Positions 13,007 to 26,500 are shown, counted from the first letter of the whole stretch. The stretch is 63,541 nt of DNA, filler included, from Reticulomyxa filosa (GCA_000512085.1; 12 parts of 12 records of this genome joined end to end with filler, not necessarily neighbours in it); one strand, 5' to 3'. Notes: generated by a model not told the origin, from the sequence alone. Numbers and translations are program-made.

Positions 13007-15160
13007 GCGTTTCAAAGTTACAACAACGCTTGTCTGCACCGGGACGTTGGGCAAATCAACAATGCAATCTCACAAAAAAAGAATTACCACTATGTCGATT
13101 ATATTGCCGTGACAGACACAAATGGTTCGCCGATCGCAAGATATTGAACAAGTACGTGGTGCAATGTCTGAACAAAAACCAGCTGGAAAACATCACGTCG
13201 CGCTTTTCGGTGTCGGACGTGAAGGACATTTTGTCGGCGCAATTGTTTCAAGACTTTGCCGAGCGACGTTGTAAGCAATTGGTCGATACATCATCTGCAT
13301 TTTGCAAGTGTCCGCGGTGCTCGACTCCGTTTGAGGTGGACACGACTCCGTGTTCGGACATTGTCCCGGAAGAGAAGACGGCCTTGCTCAAGCTCAAAGA
13401 CGAAAGTGGGAACCTCCTTTCCGAACTCACGCAAAAGCATTTCATGGAATGTCGCATCCGATGTCGCAACGCCGAGTGCAACAGCGATTTTTGTCGCAAG
13501 TGTTTGGAGCTGCCGTATCACTCCGGATTCGATTGCGACAACTTCCGGCGAAAGAAGGTTACTCCAGAGTGTCGTTTTTGTGGAAAGGAGTTGCGTCCGT
13601 CGAATCGTCTAGAAAGCCCTGCTTCCAAAGCGTTCGAGTGTGTTTGCACTGACAGCGCGTGTAGTGAGCAAATGAAGCTGTCATGTATCAAGATGTTGTC
13701 TTGTGGACATCCGTTTAACATAATATACATATACATATACATATATATATGTATGTATATGTATATAATGTCAAATAACTTTAGTAAAAAAAAAAAAAAA
13801 AAGGTAGCTGTGGAGTACGCGACGAAGAAATATGCTGCCCATGCTTGTAAAAAACTGTGCGTCGAATTCGACCGAACTAAAAAGCGGCTGGCGATGACAT
13901 GTGTGTGATTTGCTTGACCAATAAGTTACGCAGCGCGCCGGTGATTACTCTGTCGTGCAAGCATGCGTTCCACTTTGCATGCATGAAGAAGAAACTGGAG
14001 TGGGGGTGGCTGACTCCGTTCATTTCGTTTGAGTTTGCGACGTGTCCCCTTTGCAAAGAGCCCATCCAACACGCGTCATTGCTAAACAAATGCGAGGAGA
14101 TTCGTCTGTTGGAAAACACGGTGAGACAGATGGCACTGCAGCGTCTGCGCTACGAAGAGCGTCAGCGCGACTTTGACGTGGTGGACCCTAAAGGAACCTT
14201 CTACAACGACGAGATCGGATATGCGGCGAACATGTACGTATTCTTCCAGTGCTTTGAGTGCAAGAAGCCGTACTTTGGAGGAGCCAAAGAGTGTCGCGCG
14301 CAAGGCGACGAAGAAGATAATGTGGACGCGAAGGAGTTGAAGTGTAATAAATGTCAGCACATTGAGTCAGTGGACGAGTGTAAAGATCATGGAGCCGACT
14401 ATTTAGCATATAAATGTCGTTACTGTTGTAAGATGTCAGTGTTCCATTGTTGGAGCAAAGTGCATTTTTGTCGAGAATGCCACGAGCCCGGAGTGTGGGA
14501 TAAGCTGTGCGCATATTCGACGGGCAAGAACAAAAAGGCATATATCGAATACAACCAATGCGAGGGCATTAAGAAAGCATTGACCGACCTCATGAAGAAT
14601 CCGTCATGGAATACATGGACAGTCGAAGAGCAAGAGAAGAAGGCATATGAAATACGTGCCGACGCCGACGTATGTCCACTGCATGTGAAACATCCTCCCA
14701 ATGGATTCGAGTTTGGCTTAGGCTGCACGCTGTGCGCCGATAAAAAGACGGCGCTGGAAAACCTCAAGAACCGCCAAAAGGTGGAACAAGAGCTCCGCGA
14801 GCGCGTGCGCGAATTGATGAAAGACTTTATCTCGCAGCTGCCGTCGCCGATCAAGTTCGTGCATCAAGAACCCATGGACGAGGGCGGCATTCTCTATTTC
14901 TTTGGCACCTACGGCCGCTCCAAGCCCTATCATAACCCCGTCACACTCGGTATGGCCGTCGTGCACTCCTCGCAAATGATGCCCGATTCCGAGTCCTGCG
15001 ACGCATTTGTGGGCAGGAAGCTCGTGCGTTGCGTCACCAAGCCCGGTCCTTCGTGCTGGTTCTCTATCGACTTTGTCGACAAGTACGTGCGGCCCACACA
15101 TTACACTCTGCGGCATTACGTGTCTTGGGACACGGAGTGCTTGCGCAATTGGGTCATTGA
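11526..15160 (+). CDS. MYCBP2/Highwire-type RING-Cys-relay E3 ubiquitin ligase with RRM-like, IBR-like and HECTD1-like galactose-binding/SUN-type domains. Partial at both ends.
   Basis: DDMCVIC..APVITLSCKHAFHFAC..CPLCK (RING), CKKPYFGGAKEC, YKCRYCCKMSVFHCWSKVHFCRECH and CPLHVKHPPNGFEFGLGCTLC align motif by motif with the MYCBP2 C-terminus. Upstream CPRC..CRNAECNSDFCRKCLELPYHSGFDC is IBR-like. Downstream DEGGILYFFGT..NP..WFSIDF..PTHYTLRH..LRNWVIE resembles HECTD1. Confidence 0.88.
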
Positions 15161-15173
15161 AGTTTGGTATTAT

Positions 15174-15226
<53 letters not shown>

Positions 15227-15449
15227 ATTTATTTATTTNNNNNNNNNNNNNNNNNNNNNNNNNNNNNNNNNNNNNNNNNNNNTTAATTAATTAANNNNNN
15301 NNNNNNNNNNNNNNNNNNNNNNNNNNNNNNNNNNNNNNTGAAAAAGAAAAAATAAAAAAAATAAAAATGATGGCAATTGGAAAAAGGAAAAAAGAGAAAA
15401 AGGAAAAAAAAAAAAAGAGAAAAACATAGAAAAAATGAAAAGAAAAAAT

Positions 15450-18400
15450 TGGGAGAATATCCCACAAAAGCGCAACCGAAACGCGCAAAACAATTTTTGC
15501 ACAAAGTGATGGACCTGTTTGTGCTGATGGAAAAACGGCAGTCGACATTGAACAACTCTCATTCATGACAATGTGTACCTCCCTAATCACAAAGACGACT
15601 AGAGTGTATGGACTTCGTATTTGGAAATATTCATTGTGATGGCGTTGGAATATTTTGGTAAGATTCTATCAAATCAGTCCTGGACAATCTGGATCTTGGT
15701 GCCGCCTGAATACAAACCAAATTTGCCAATATAAAAAAAACGAAGACTTGATGTGCTCGCACAAAGTGGTCACGATATAGATATTACAGCTGCAGCGGTT
15801 GGATTGCCAGAAGAACCAGAATACAATGAAGGAGATGGCAAGGACTTTGTTAGAAAATAGTAACGAGCAAATCATGACGTCCGAAAAATCGCTCTAAGTG
15901 CTAGTGGTTCAATTTGTTGGGAGACTTGTTCAAAACGCAAGCCAAGATCACTGGCAAAAAAGAAAGATGAAGAAGCGAAGAAAGTATATTCCAAGATTCT
16001 GAGGGGCTATACTGCGTTGGATTTGTTTTTTTTTAAAAACAGTGTGTAGGCTTTGCAGTGTTTGGTTATGGAATGGCTCGCATTCGAGTGGCGATTTTGC
16101 GTGTTATCAGGCATTGACGGGCTTCACATCGCGCACCCCCCAATGGAAGCCTCTGGACAAGTGTGACAATGTCAAATACAATAACAATACAAAATATTGG
16201 AAAAATCTATTTGCTATCAACGTAGGTATAAACGAGTTTCTGCGGATGATTAAAACAATAACAACAGTATGAGCAATTCTAATGAAATTCAGTATATCAC
16301 TGCAGCTCTTCATGGCATGGCATCAAAGAGTGCGTGGGACTGCGGTTTACCGGCGCCAAGTACAAAAAGTATTGTGGAGTGGACAATAAAAAAATAGGTA
16401 CAAACACCATGGCTTCTATGTGATACTTCGGATATTTGTTTTATTTGCGATCTCGTACTCGCTTGTACTTCATGCAATGAACATTAAATACAAATCCGAC
16501 AATTTATACTGTGTTCATACCTACTCACAACGCAGAATCTTTTTTTATTAAAATAAAAAATAAACAATAATGGATACATGTGTGTATAGACAGATGCTGA
16601 CAATAAAGCAAAAACTATGATTTGTAGTGGTAATAATATTGTATGAGCTGTTTATGCTATGTATGTACCTGATATCTCGCGTGACGGGAAAAGCATGGTC
16701 CTTTCAAGTGATTTCGCCTAAGTGTGTATGAAATGGAGGTTATTGGAAGTGGATTTTTGTTGATAATGTTGTTGGACGTTTGCTATCACGTTCAAAAAAA
16801 GATGTAAGTGCGTTACTTGTTGCTTAGCAAAAGCAAATTTTGATTCCAAAACTACTTTCGGGACAAGCTGATCTTGATGTCGGCATGACTGCTACAATAA
16901 CAACGACCAAGACGACAGACACAGCCAAGATGCAACAGCTCAAACAATGGGACATGGTGTGCGTAATCCAATTCCAACAGCACAGTAACGGCGCCGAAAG
17001 AAAGAACAAAGAAATTGTATTTGGAAATGTTAACGGAACAGCAAGACAATATCCGACTGCTGACGAACAATAAAAAGTCATCGTTGCGGAAATTGGCGCT
17101 AGTTTATGGATTACTGCAAGAGTCACGCTCATTACTTTTGCTGAACTGGCTTCTGGATCGTCTATGTGCTTGTTAGATGCGACGCAATACTTTTGTATTC
17201 GTTGCATTATCCAGAATGTGCAAAAGGACGAATACGTCCCAAGACTGAAGAAGATAATATCGATATCCTCTCTCATTGGATCGTCAATTCAAACGTCGGA
17301 TATGGCTGTTATTAAAAATAACTCATCACAAAGGCAGCTAGAACTGATACAGAACAGTTGGACAAGATTTTATCAAAAATAAATCACGAACAGCCTTGAT
17401 TTCGTAGTCGAATGGCACCAAGATCCAGTTTGCCAAGATAAAAAAAAGTAAAACGGAATCGCGCAAATTGCCAATAATATCGACATTACCGTGTCAACGG
17501 CTGCAGCGGCAGGATTTACCGAAGAAGTAGAACAAGATAAAGAAGAGGACGTGTACGTTGTCATATATACGACATCGGAAGAATCGCTTCATATGCGAAT
17601 GACCCAATTTGGTGGACTAGTGATGCTAGACTCAAACCAAGATCACCAGCAAACAAGAAGATGAAGAAGATGACAATGAGTAGAAAGAGAAAGATAGCTC
17701 CAAGACTCAGTAAGTTATACAGCGTTGGATTTTTTTTTAATAAAAAAAACTATTGTCGGCTTTGCTGCGTTTAAATATGAAATGGCTCTTTACGCAATCA
17801 AGTGGAGACTTTGCGCATTCTCGGGTATATACTAGCTCGTCATATTGCGTCGCAACTGAAGCTGATGGAAGAGTGTGAAAATGTAAATAGTACCAAAAAT
17901 CGAATCACTAGGATTTGAGAAGTAGAATTTATTATTGACAAGGCCACCACTTAAGAAATGATAGCACTATAGTGGATGAGCATTTCGATATCAACTCCCC
18001 CGAGTCCGTTTATCGTACAAAATGAATACTTGATGGAGCATTGCCATAACATTCGAAAGAGCTCAATTTACGGTACCACACAAATTTGTTGTTATAGTTT
18101 GTCATTTATGTGCGTGGCCCTTTCATATTATACCAGACGTTATAAATCGTGTTTGAGTCCGTTGCTTGAAACAGTTTTTTATATATTTTTTTTATGTACA
18201 ATCCAATGATATTATACGTATATTTATTACATATTTATATTTGCTGCTTAAAAATTTTGAATAGATACTTCAAAGTGTACACTACTTGAAGTTTTAGAAT
18301 GCAGATAGACACATTATTGCTACCTATATTGTCATTGGTGCTGCAGTGAATCCCCAGCAACAATATCGATGATTGTTACAGTATGTGAATGTAAAAGGAG
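15450..18400 (+). pseudogene. Heavily disabled coding-like relic, possibly of a membrane protein
   Basis: Exon-like GC content and short codon-like stretches, some hydrophobic, interrupted by many stops and frameshifts. No family recognised. Confidence 0.35.
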
Positions 18401-18469
18401 CGTGTCAACATTATAGTCAAATTGCTGCTGATTGAAATCTAATATGTCAAATTATTGATCCACACTACA

Positions 18470-19077
18470 TCATATCCAATATTGGTCATTGTATTGCGCT
18501 TTGAATGGCGTATAAATTTTTTTATTAAAAAAGGTCCTATAAAATGTAATATGGTGCATGATTGATTGAAAGAAAATTGAATGATTTGGTAGTGAGCTTG
18601 TTATACGTGACCTATATTCCAAGTTATAATGTTTTTTTAATGTGATTGTAAAATATTCGAAACATGTATGATCAATACACAAATATATAACATAGATCTT
18701 CAAAGAACACAAGACTTGTTTGTCGATCAATTGAAAAGTAGTTGCAGTGCCAGCAAACAAGAGCAAAGTGAAGTTCAAGTAACGCCAAAGTTTATGGCAT
18801 TATCAATATAATGTATTTATTTGATACTTGACCCAAATGCTTTGCTAAAAAAATTTCTGTCTTTTGTGTGAATTGATATTTTGCGATATTTTTCGCAGTA
18901 ATAATTCAATGTCCAATTCTCCATCTCACCTGACATATTTATAATCTCTTTAGGGTTTTCGCAAAAGACGTTCTGAAATTGAACATTTTTGAGTTTTACA
19001 TTCGTTATGACTACACATTGAAGTGGAAATGGCAAGGTCTTCATTTTTTGAAAAGAATTTGTATTTTGATTAATCAT
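18470..19077 (-). pseudogene. Degenerate Kelch-family gene fragment
   Basis: N-terminus MINQNTNSFQKMKTLPFPL-QCVV resembles the start of the Kelch-type family seen elsewhere in this window. The frame is disrupted. Confidence 0.3.
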
Positions 19078-19530
19078 GTTATCAATGTTATAGAATTAGT
19101 AGTTTTTTTAAAGAGAATCATTAAAAAGTGACCACTTAAAAAATTTTTTAGTAGACAAAGTCGTTATTGTAACTTTTTATGGATTGAAAAAATAAACAAA
19201 TAACTTGCTTTTATTACGTACCACAGTGGATTACACCTATTAAAAATACGACAATCCGGAAGAGGTAGCTGTATACCACTCAAAGCATTTCATATTATAT
19301 AATTTTTGGATACTTATTTTAATAAAAGAAAGACAAATGTAAATTTGTGCAAAAAATAAAATGGTTCGTTTTTGCTTAACTTAAAAAAAACAAGGTAATA
19401 CTCCAAAAATTCCCAGAGCTTTGGTCATTGNNNNNNNNNNNNNNNNNNNNNNNNNNNNNNNNNNNNNNNNNNNNTTAATTAATTAANNNNNNNNNNNNNN
19501 NNNNNNNNNNNNNNNNNNNNNNNNNNNNNN

Positions 19531-19570
<40 letters not shown>

Positions 19571-19597
19571 GACGTGTTGTTGTTTTTTGTTTTGTAG

Positions 19598-22500
19598 CAA
19601 TTCAATTATCGATGAGTGATGAGGAGTTGAATGAAGCATTTGGTTTGGTAACGCCAGATATGCAAGAGATGGGAGTATCGCAATTACCAGTGAATGTAGT
19701 TCAGCCCTCGGTAGATTTGACGGACAAAGAGGACGAGGAGAACCACGACGAACACATAGACAAAAGAAGAGCAAAAGAGGAAATGGAGATGATGTCAGGT
19801 ACAATACCAAAAGGATCGGATGTGGGGTTGAGTGATGATGGTAATACAAATTCATTGGGAGATATGGTGAAAAGTAAAAGAGGCAAATCCCCAGATGATT
19901 CCATTACTCGAGTATTGCAAGATGACAGTTTTTCAAACCAACAAAACACTGGAAGCAAAAAACAATCTGATTCTTCCACTGCCACTAACACCGGAAATGG
20001 AGGAAATAAAACAACACAGAGCGGAGTCAACCATACAAAAAATAACCATAAAAATAACAAAAAACCAATCCAACAACAACAACAACAATAATAATAATAA
20101 CAATAACAAAGGAGGCGTGACAACGATATCTTCAGCAGAAGATACCATAACCAATAATAATAATAATAATAATAATGCAACTGACACAACACAACAGTCA
20201 GAGATATCACTAAATAAAACAACCACAGTCGCCACCAACAGTAATCATCATGGTACCCATGAACATGACAAATCAAACAGCAAAAACAGCGGGGAAAACG
20301 AAAGTGCAAACACTGGCACTGTTTCGACCGGGGACACACAAGGTCTGGGTGATACCACCACCACGATATCTCAAGCTTCTGGCGCCGTGTCGGGTTCTCA
20401 TTCTGCTATCACGGGGAACAACCCAACGGAGGTGTACCAACCTGGATTACCGCGAAAATATGAAGTGCTCGTACAAGCCAGAGTGCGCGAAAAAAAAGAT
20501 TTGGACAGTTCACACATTACAGACTTGCCCGAAGGCACTACTGTCACTGTGGCGGAGATTGATGGACGCAGAGCACGCATTATCACGCCTATCCACGGTT
20601 GGCTTTCCATTAAGTCCAAATTTAGTGCCAAGATATTATTGCCAGTTATTTATTTATTTGTTTATTTTTTTAATTGAATAAAACAATGTCAATGCAAAGA
20701 CAGAGGAGTTTTTTTTTTTTTTTTTTGGGAATGAACTTTTTTATTTGTGCAAAATGTATGGATTTCAAACCTTTTTTCCTCTATTATGTTGCAAAAACAA
20801 CAGTTGGACGGAAATCACAGCAAAGTTGGATACCAAGTGTATATAACGGATCAACAAAGCAACGTACGTTATGCAGGAAAAATAGTAGATTACAATGAAA
20901 CGGAGTGCAAACACGTGGTACGATTAAATGACGGACAAGAGTTGTTGGTGGATATCAAAGCCCCAAATATAAAAGTCGTGAAGGACACTGACCACATGCG
21001 CGATGCAAGAAACAGCCTAAGTGGAGACGCCCCGGCGTTCGATCCCAAAGCGTCGAAACAATCAAATTCCTTGTATTTGTTTCACAGACTACTGTGGAGG
21101 GATCATCCTAGCTTTGTTCGAGAAGAGCATGAACGTGCCCAAGCGAAGCAAGAACAAAGGTGGCTACTCGCTCAACAGCAAAATGCCGAGCTAGCCGCAC
21201 ACAATGCGCAGCGTGGTGGACATCCAATGCATTTGCAGTACAATGCTGAAGGTGCGCCCAACTACCCTGTCTCAACGAGTGGCTATCCATCGATGGGAAG
21301 AGGGCCTCAGTTGCTATCCACACAGCCTCTCAATGGAAGTGGTGTGCCAATGGAGCACACTGCAGGGTATAACCCAAACACGGATGAACTTGAAACTCGA
21401 AGAGATGTAAGCTCTGTGTAGTTTTCTAATTTTTTTTTCCTATTCCATTCGCAAGACGACAAATATGTTTGTGTGTATGTATATGTGTATATTTGTATAT
21501 GTTGATAAAAAGCAAGAACCAGGATCATCGATGGATCCAAATTACTACAATCAGCAAATGCGAATGGGAGCAAACATTCGCGTTGAAAAGACCCCAAAAA
21601 CGGCGACTCAACCAACTGATGCTCAAAAAACCAGTTACATATGTTGTTGTTGTTGTTTTTTAAAAAAAAAAAAAAAAAAGATAATAATAATAGTAACAAC
21701 AAAATGATAGCAAACAAAACTAATAACTTGTTTTTATTAATAAATTAAAAAAATGTTTGAATTTGTGAATGAATGGACATATATCCTGTGCAAATCAAGG
21801 AGAAAAAAAAAAAGCACGTGGATTAATAGTGCTTAGAGGGCTTCCAGGATCAGGCAAGACCACGTTGGCAAGGAAGTTAGCAGCCCGACATGGAAGTGCT
21901 CAAATATGCACGGAAGACAAATATCATTGGAGTAGCAAGGAAGATGGTATTGGAGAGTACAGATTCCGACCAGAATTGGTTTTCTTAGCAAGAGAGTGGT
22001 GTACAAAGGAAATTCGTGCTTGCATTAAAAAGCGCATTGAGTTAATTATATTGGATAATCACAATGCTAGAATATCAATGTATGAGGATCACATCCAATA
22101 TGCAGTGAAACATGGCACCGTTTTCGTATCATCGAATTTGTCGCGACTGAAGAGTTGATTGATCAGTATCGCAACCGTAGCTACAAAAAATTTCCTCGTG
22201 AAGTATTTGTCAAGTTGCTTAAATTATGGGAAAAAGATCCCAGAGCCGAGTTGGTGAATCCTGCTTTTGATGATGGTAGCAATGGGGAATCGCACAACAA
22301 TTACAACAATCCGATCAGCGGTCATCTTCCTTCTCCTCTTCCTAGCAACAGCGACATTCCTGCCAATCACAAAGATAAAGAAAAAGCGGACAATAGCGCT
22401 AACGATAAAGAACGTAACGCAGACAGTCAAAAGGAAAGCAAAAAGAGCAAAGGAATGCTGCGCACAGCGAACGAGGCCAACAACAATGAAGGAAGTGGTG

Positions 22501-22607
22501 TTGACTCGAATCTGCGCAATACAAACAACAATGCCGGCGAATCTGCTCAATGGGAGACGGAACAACCACAATATCCACTAGTTAAAAAACATAAACAAAC
22601 AAACTAA
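19598..22607 (+). CDS. Multidomain protein: Asn/Thr-rich low-complexity region, SH3b-like domain, Tudor-like domain, PAM2-like motif and N4BP2/AAA_33 polynucleotide-kinase P-loop domain. 5'-partial, spliced.
   Basis: ARVREKKDLDSSHITDLPEGTTVTV..ARIITPIHGWLS (SH3b); VGYQVYI..YAGKIVDYNETECKHVVRLNDG (Tudor); SLSGDAPAFDP (PAM2); LIVLRGLPGSGKTTLARKL..IILDNHN (kinase). Three introns link these in frame. Confidence 0.7.
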
Positions 22608-23506
22608 ACAAAAACTCTATTCTTATCATTTCGCCAACATTGCTTTCAGAGTAGTGAAGAGATTATAAATGAAAGCTTTATCTTTTTTTTTTTCCCTCTC
22701 TTTCCACCCTTTACTTATTAGCCTTGTGTTTTTTTGTTTGCACAGACCTACCGTTGAGAGTGCCAATTTTTGAATTATCAAGCTCATTGAAACACAAAGA
22801 AGTCATTCATTTGACGTCTTGTGTTTTTTTTCTTTTTATTTTTTTTTTTGTTTGTTTTTGTTTTTGTTTTTCCTCTTTTGTTTGGTTTCGTTTTTTTCCC
22901 ACCTAAAGTTTTGTAATATTTTTAATTCGAAAAAAAAAATTAACTTTTATTTCGTTTTTGACTCTCTGCTATGGTGTTGATTATTTATGTATTCTTTTTG
23001 TTTGTTTTATTGTGTTTTCTTTTTTTTTGTGTTTGTTTTTCCTAGTGTTAGTTGTCTTTGCAAAGGAACCATTGCATGGCGTAAAATGTCATTTTGCAGC
23101 TTGCATCTTTTGTTGCCTCTGTTGTCTTTTTTTTTCACTGCGATTTTTTTTTGTGGCCTTTTAAAAAATGTGTTGACATTGCCTCAATGAGGGTTTTGAA
23201 AATGTCTGATTGTGTCCATAACTTTGGGTGGAATTTTTGAAGCATTGCATATATTGGTGTGATCACAGGGAAAACATTGCGCATTATTTTCTAAAAAGTT
23301 AACAATGGACTCAAGTTGAATCACCATTTAATTAAACATAATCGTTACAATTTGCTATTTGCCCAAAAATCACACCAAAATTGTACCAACAAAAATTTTA
23401 AGGCTGAGTTTTAAGACAGTCTTTAGGTTGTTTAAACTGTTAAAACGTTTGATCAACATTACATACAAAAAAAACTTCTTATATTAAGTTATCATCCATA
23501 ATATAA

Positions 23507-26500
23507 ATGACCACCAATACTGAATCAAGCAGCGACGCGTTTGTACGTTGCTCAACAAAAACAGCTTTTTTTTCTGCTTGTTTTTCTTGTTCAAAGAGCC
23601 AATTTTAAAATAGGCACGAAAACGTGGGCAGTGGGGTCCCACGTGGAGGTGTATTCATCATCGTCCAAGGAATGGTATCCTGCTGATATCATACGTACTT
23701 TTTTGACGCCGAAGGAGAATGGTTGGAAGTGCAGTACACAACAGGTAATTAATACTTTTTTTTGCAATTACAGTCTGTACGTATATAAATATTATCTAAA
23801 AAATGTTGATGTTTTTTGTTCCCTTTGTCCTTTAAAGGAAACATCATGCGTTTGAAACAAATCCCCAGAGATGACGTCAAAGCGATTCGTCCATATCATC
23901 CACCTCAAAAGAAGAACAACCAAAAAAAGAAGAGCAAAGCGATCAAAAAGCAGCAACATTGACTCCCAATAAGCCGGCCCCTCACCACAGTGAAGAATCT
24001 CCAGCGCCACCAAAAACCAACGAATCCGACTTGGAAGCTCAGGTTTGCACCTCTACTACCAAGAATACAACACATACACGCAGCCAAAAAAAAAAAAAAA
24101 AGTGAGGAGTGGTGAATGGTAAAAATAAAAAAAATAAAAAAAGGTACGAAATGCATGGGCTCGTGGAACAACATTGGAAGTGTATTCCCGTGGAAAAAAG
24201 CGATGGATGCGTGGTGTTATAACCCGAGTGTTTTCAGATGAGGAAGGCGAGTGGCTGGAAATTCGGTACAGCAATAATTTGGTAAAAGAGGTCCCTCGAG
24301 ATTCCGCAGATATAAGACCTTTGCGTGCACGATACAAAAATTCATTTACATTGACTGTTTTGTAACTTTATGTTGTACAAATTCGATTGCACCCCTTTTT
24401 TTTTTTTTTTTTTTTTTTCTTTCCTTTTCTTCAAAGAAAAACCTATCGACTTTGAATAGTGAGGATGTGGTATGTATTGTGTGTTTTGTGTATTTTTTGG
24501 ATTGTTCATAGAGAGATCATATCGATCGGTTAATGTCAGTATGGGAAGACGTGGATTTGGAAGGAACCCGACATTTGGATATCATATTGCTAGAAAGTGT
24601 GTTTCGAGCATTCAATTTGAACTTGAAAGTGGATGAATTGGAAAAAGTGTTTCGATGGTTGGACGTGGACAACCGAGAAGCGATAACGGCCGAGCAATTT
24701 GTTGCATGGCTGAACGACTCTGTGGAGACAGTGGAACAGAAGGACATGCAATTGCGTATGTTCACTTGCATCGACCGCACCGTTCGTGGGGAGTTGGTCA
24801 TGTCGCAACGCTTACAAGAAAAAGAGAAGCAAAAAGAAAGAATAAGAAAAAGCAGAAACAGAAGCGACCATCACGCCTTCCAGACTCCCGAGCGTGGACG
24901 AAATAAAGGAAGTTGATGCTCCTGGTCGAAGCGATGCATCACAAACAGAGAACAAAGAAGCGGACGAAAACAAAGATTTCTCAGCTCGAATTGACGAAGC
25001 ATTGCTGGCCGAATTTAGTGACAAAGATGACGATGATGATGTCTTGGGCGATCTTCCCTCCTTTGAAAAAACGGACATAAGTACGACCGAACCTGTCCAA
25101 GTCCTTAGTTTGGAAACAAAATTGGAAGTTAATTGTTGTGTTGTGCTGTGTTCTAATCTTTGCAATGGAATGTAATGGGTTTATATACATGTAATATATA
25201 CATACTTTTTTTTTAAAAAAATTTGTTAAACAAGACTATGTTATATCAAAAAAAAACAAACCAAAAAAATGCAGAAATTAGGCCTGTCTAAATCGTTCTT
25301 AAAAGTCGAAGCAAAAGATGACCAACATCAGTACCAACCGAAAATCAAACAAACGAAACTTGAAGGGGAAGACAAATATTACCAAAAAGTAATGAAAGAG
25401 GTCCAAGAATACATGCGAGTTCGTGTGGAGAAAGCCGGTGTAGAAGGAATTCGAATGTACGATTTGGGCACATTTGTCCAACAAAAGTTCCCCAGCTTCG
25501 ATCGTTCCAACTACGTGAAAGGAAAGAATGCTCGGCTTGCTGACTTTGTTCATTTGACTCCTGGCTTGGTTGTTTTGGAAATGGAGGATGGTAATGGAGA
25601 ACTTGACCGAATTGCGTTCACTGAGGCGATTGTCAAGAAGATCAACCTGAAGCAAAAACTAGAGGTGTGCTTTCTTTTTTTTGAGAAAAAAAAAAAAAAA
25701 AAAAAAAAGTTAAAGGTACTCTCGATTAAACTTTTTTTTTCTCCTCTAAACAAATGTTAATAGTTTGTTATGTCAGCAATTTGCGACAAAACTAAGTCAA
25801 GCAATGATTTAACACCGCTCGTGGAAGCGGGTCATGACAAAAGCCGAAAGATGTCAGTTGGTGAAAAGTTGTTGAGTGCTCAAGATTTTGGAGCACGCGT
25901 GAGTGCTCTTGGTGTGCCATTAAGTAGTTTGGAAAGCGATGAAGTGTTTTGGGCAGTGGCTGGACGTCAAGCATATCTCGTTTCACAACGAGAAATTGGC
26001 AGATATTTCAGTGAAACTGCTGACACTTTACCGGATGTTCCAGAGTCTGTCGTGGATGCAGTTCCCCGTGTCATAAGCGTATGCATTTTTATTTTTATTC
26101 TTTTTCTTTCCATCTTTTCAATACGTTTGAATGGCACGCAATGAATTGAATACAGTTGGCTCAAACGAAATACCGACAAGAACCCTTGTGGCGTAATTAC
26201 ATCATCAAACGTTGCCGAAAACGATGGAACAATGTTGTGACACTCACAATCGTGGATCGACGAACACGTGAGAAACAGATGGATATGATTATGATCCCCC
26301 AAACTCAGTCGTCTCATGGCGAAGATGTGACTGTTGTTCAACATTCTTTCCATAATATGTGCCATGTGTTGAACAAGTTGCAATCCAATAATGTCATACG
26401 CAAGATACATCATGGTGCTGACAAATTTGCTTACTCTTGCATCATTGAGAGTCCCGCTCTCCGAACATTCCCGGATATGTTAGTTGAGGCCAGAAATCGA

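Noticed and set aside
13840-13890. Two in-frame TAA codons in the MYCBP2-like gene suggesting stop-codon reassignment
   Set aside because: A compensating pair of homopolymer slips gives CLVKNCASNSTELKAAGDDM, which matches MYCBP2 better. TAA ends other genes here.
19701-20339. Long antisense ORFs with poly-Cys/Leu/Tyr/Val/Phe
   Set aside because: Shadow frames of AAC/AAT/CAG microsatellites and intronic homopolymers.
23175-23270. U4-like words (CAATGAGG, TTGAAAA, AATTTTTGA)
   Set aside because: No U6-pairing 5' region or kink-turn stem. Such short matches are expected in AT-rich DNA.
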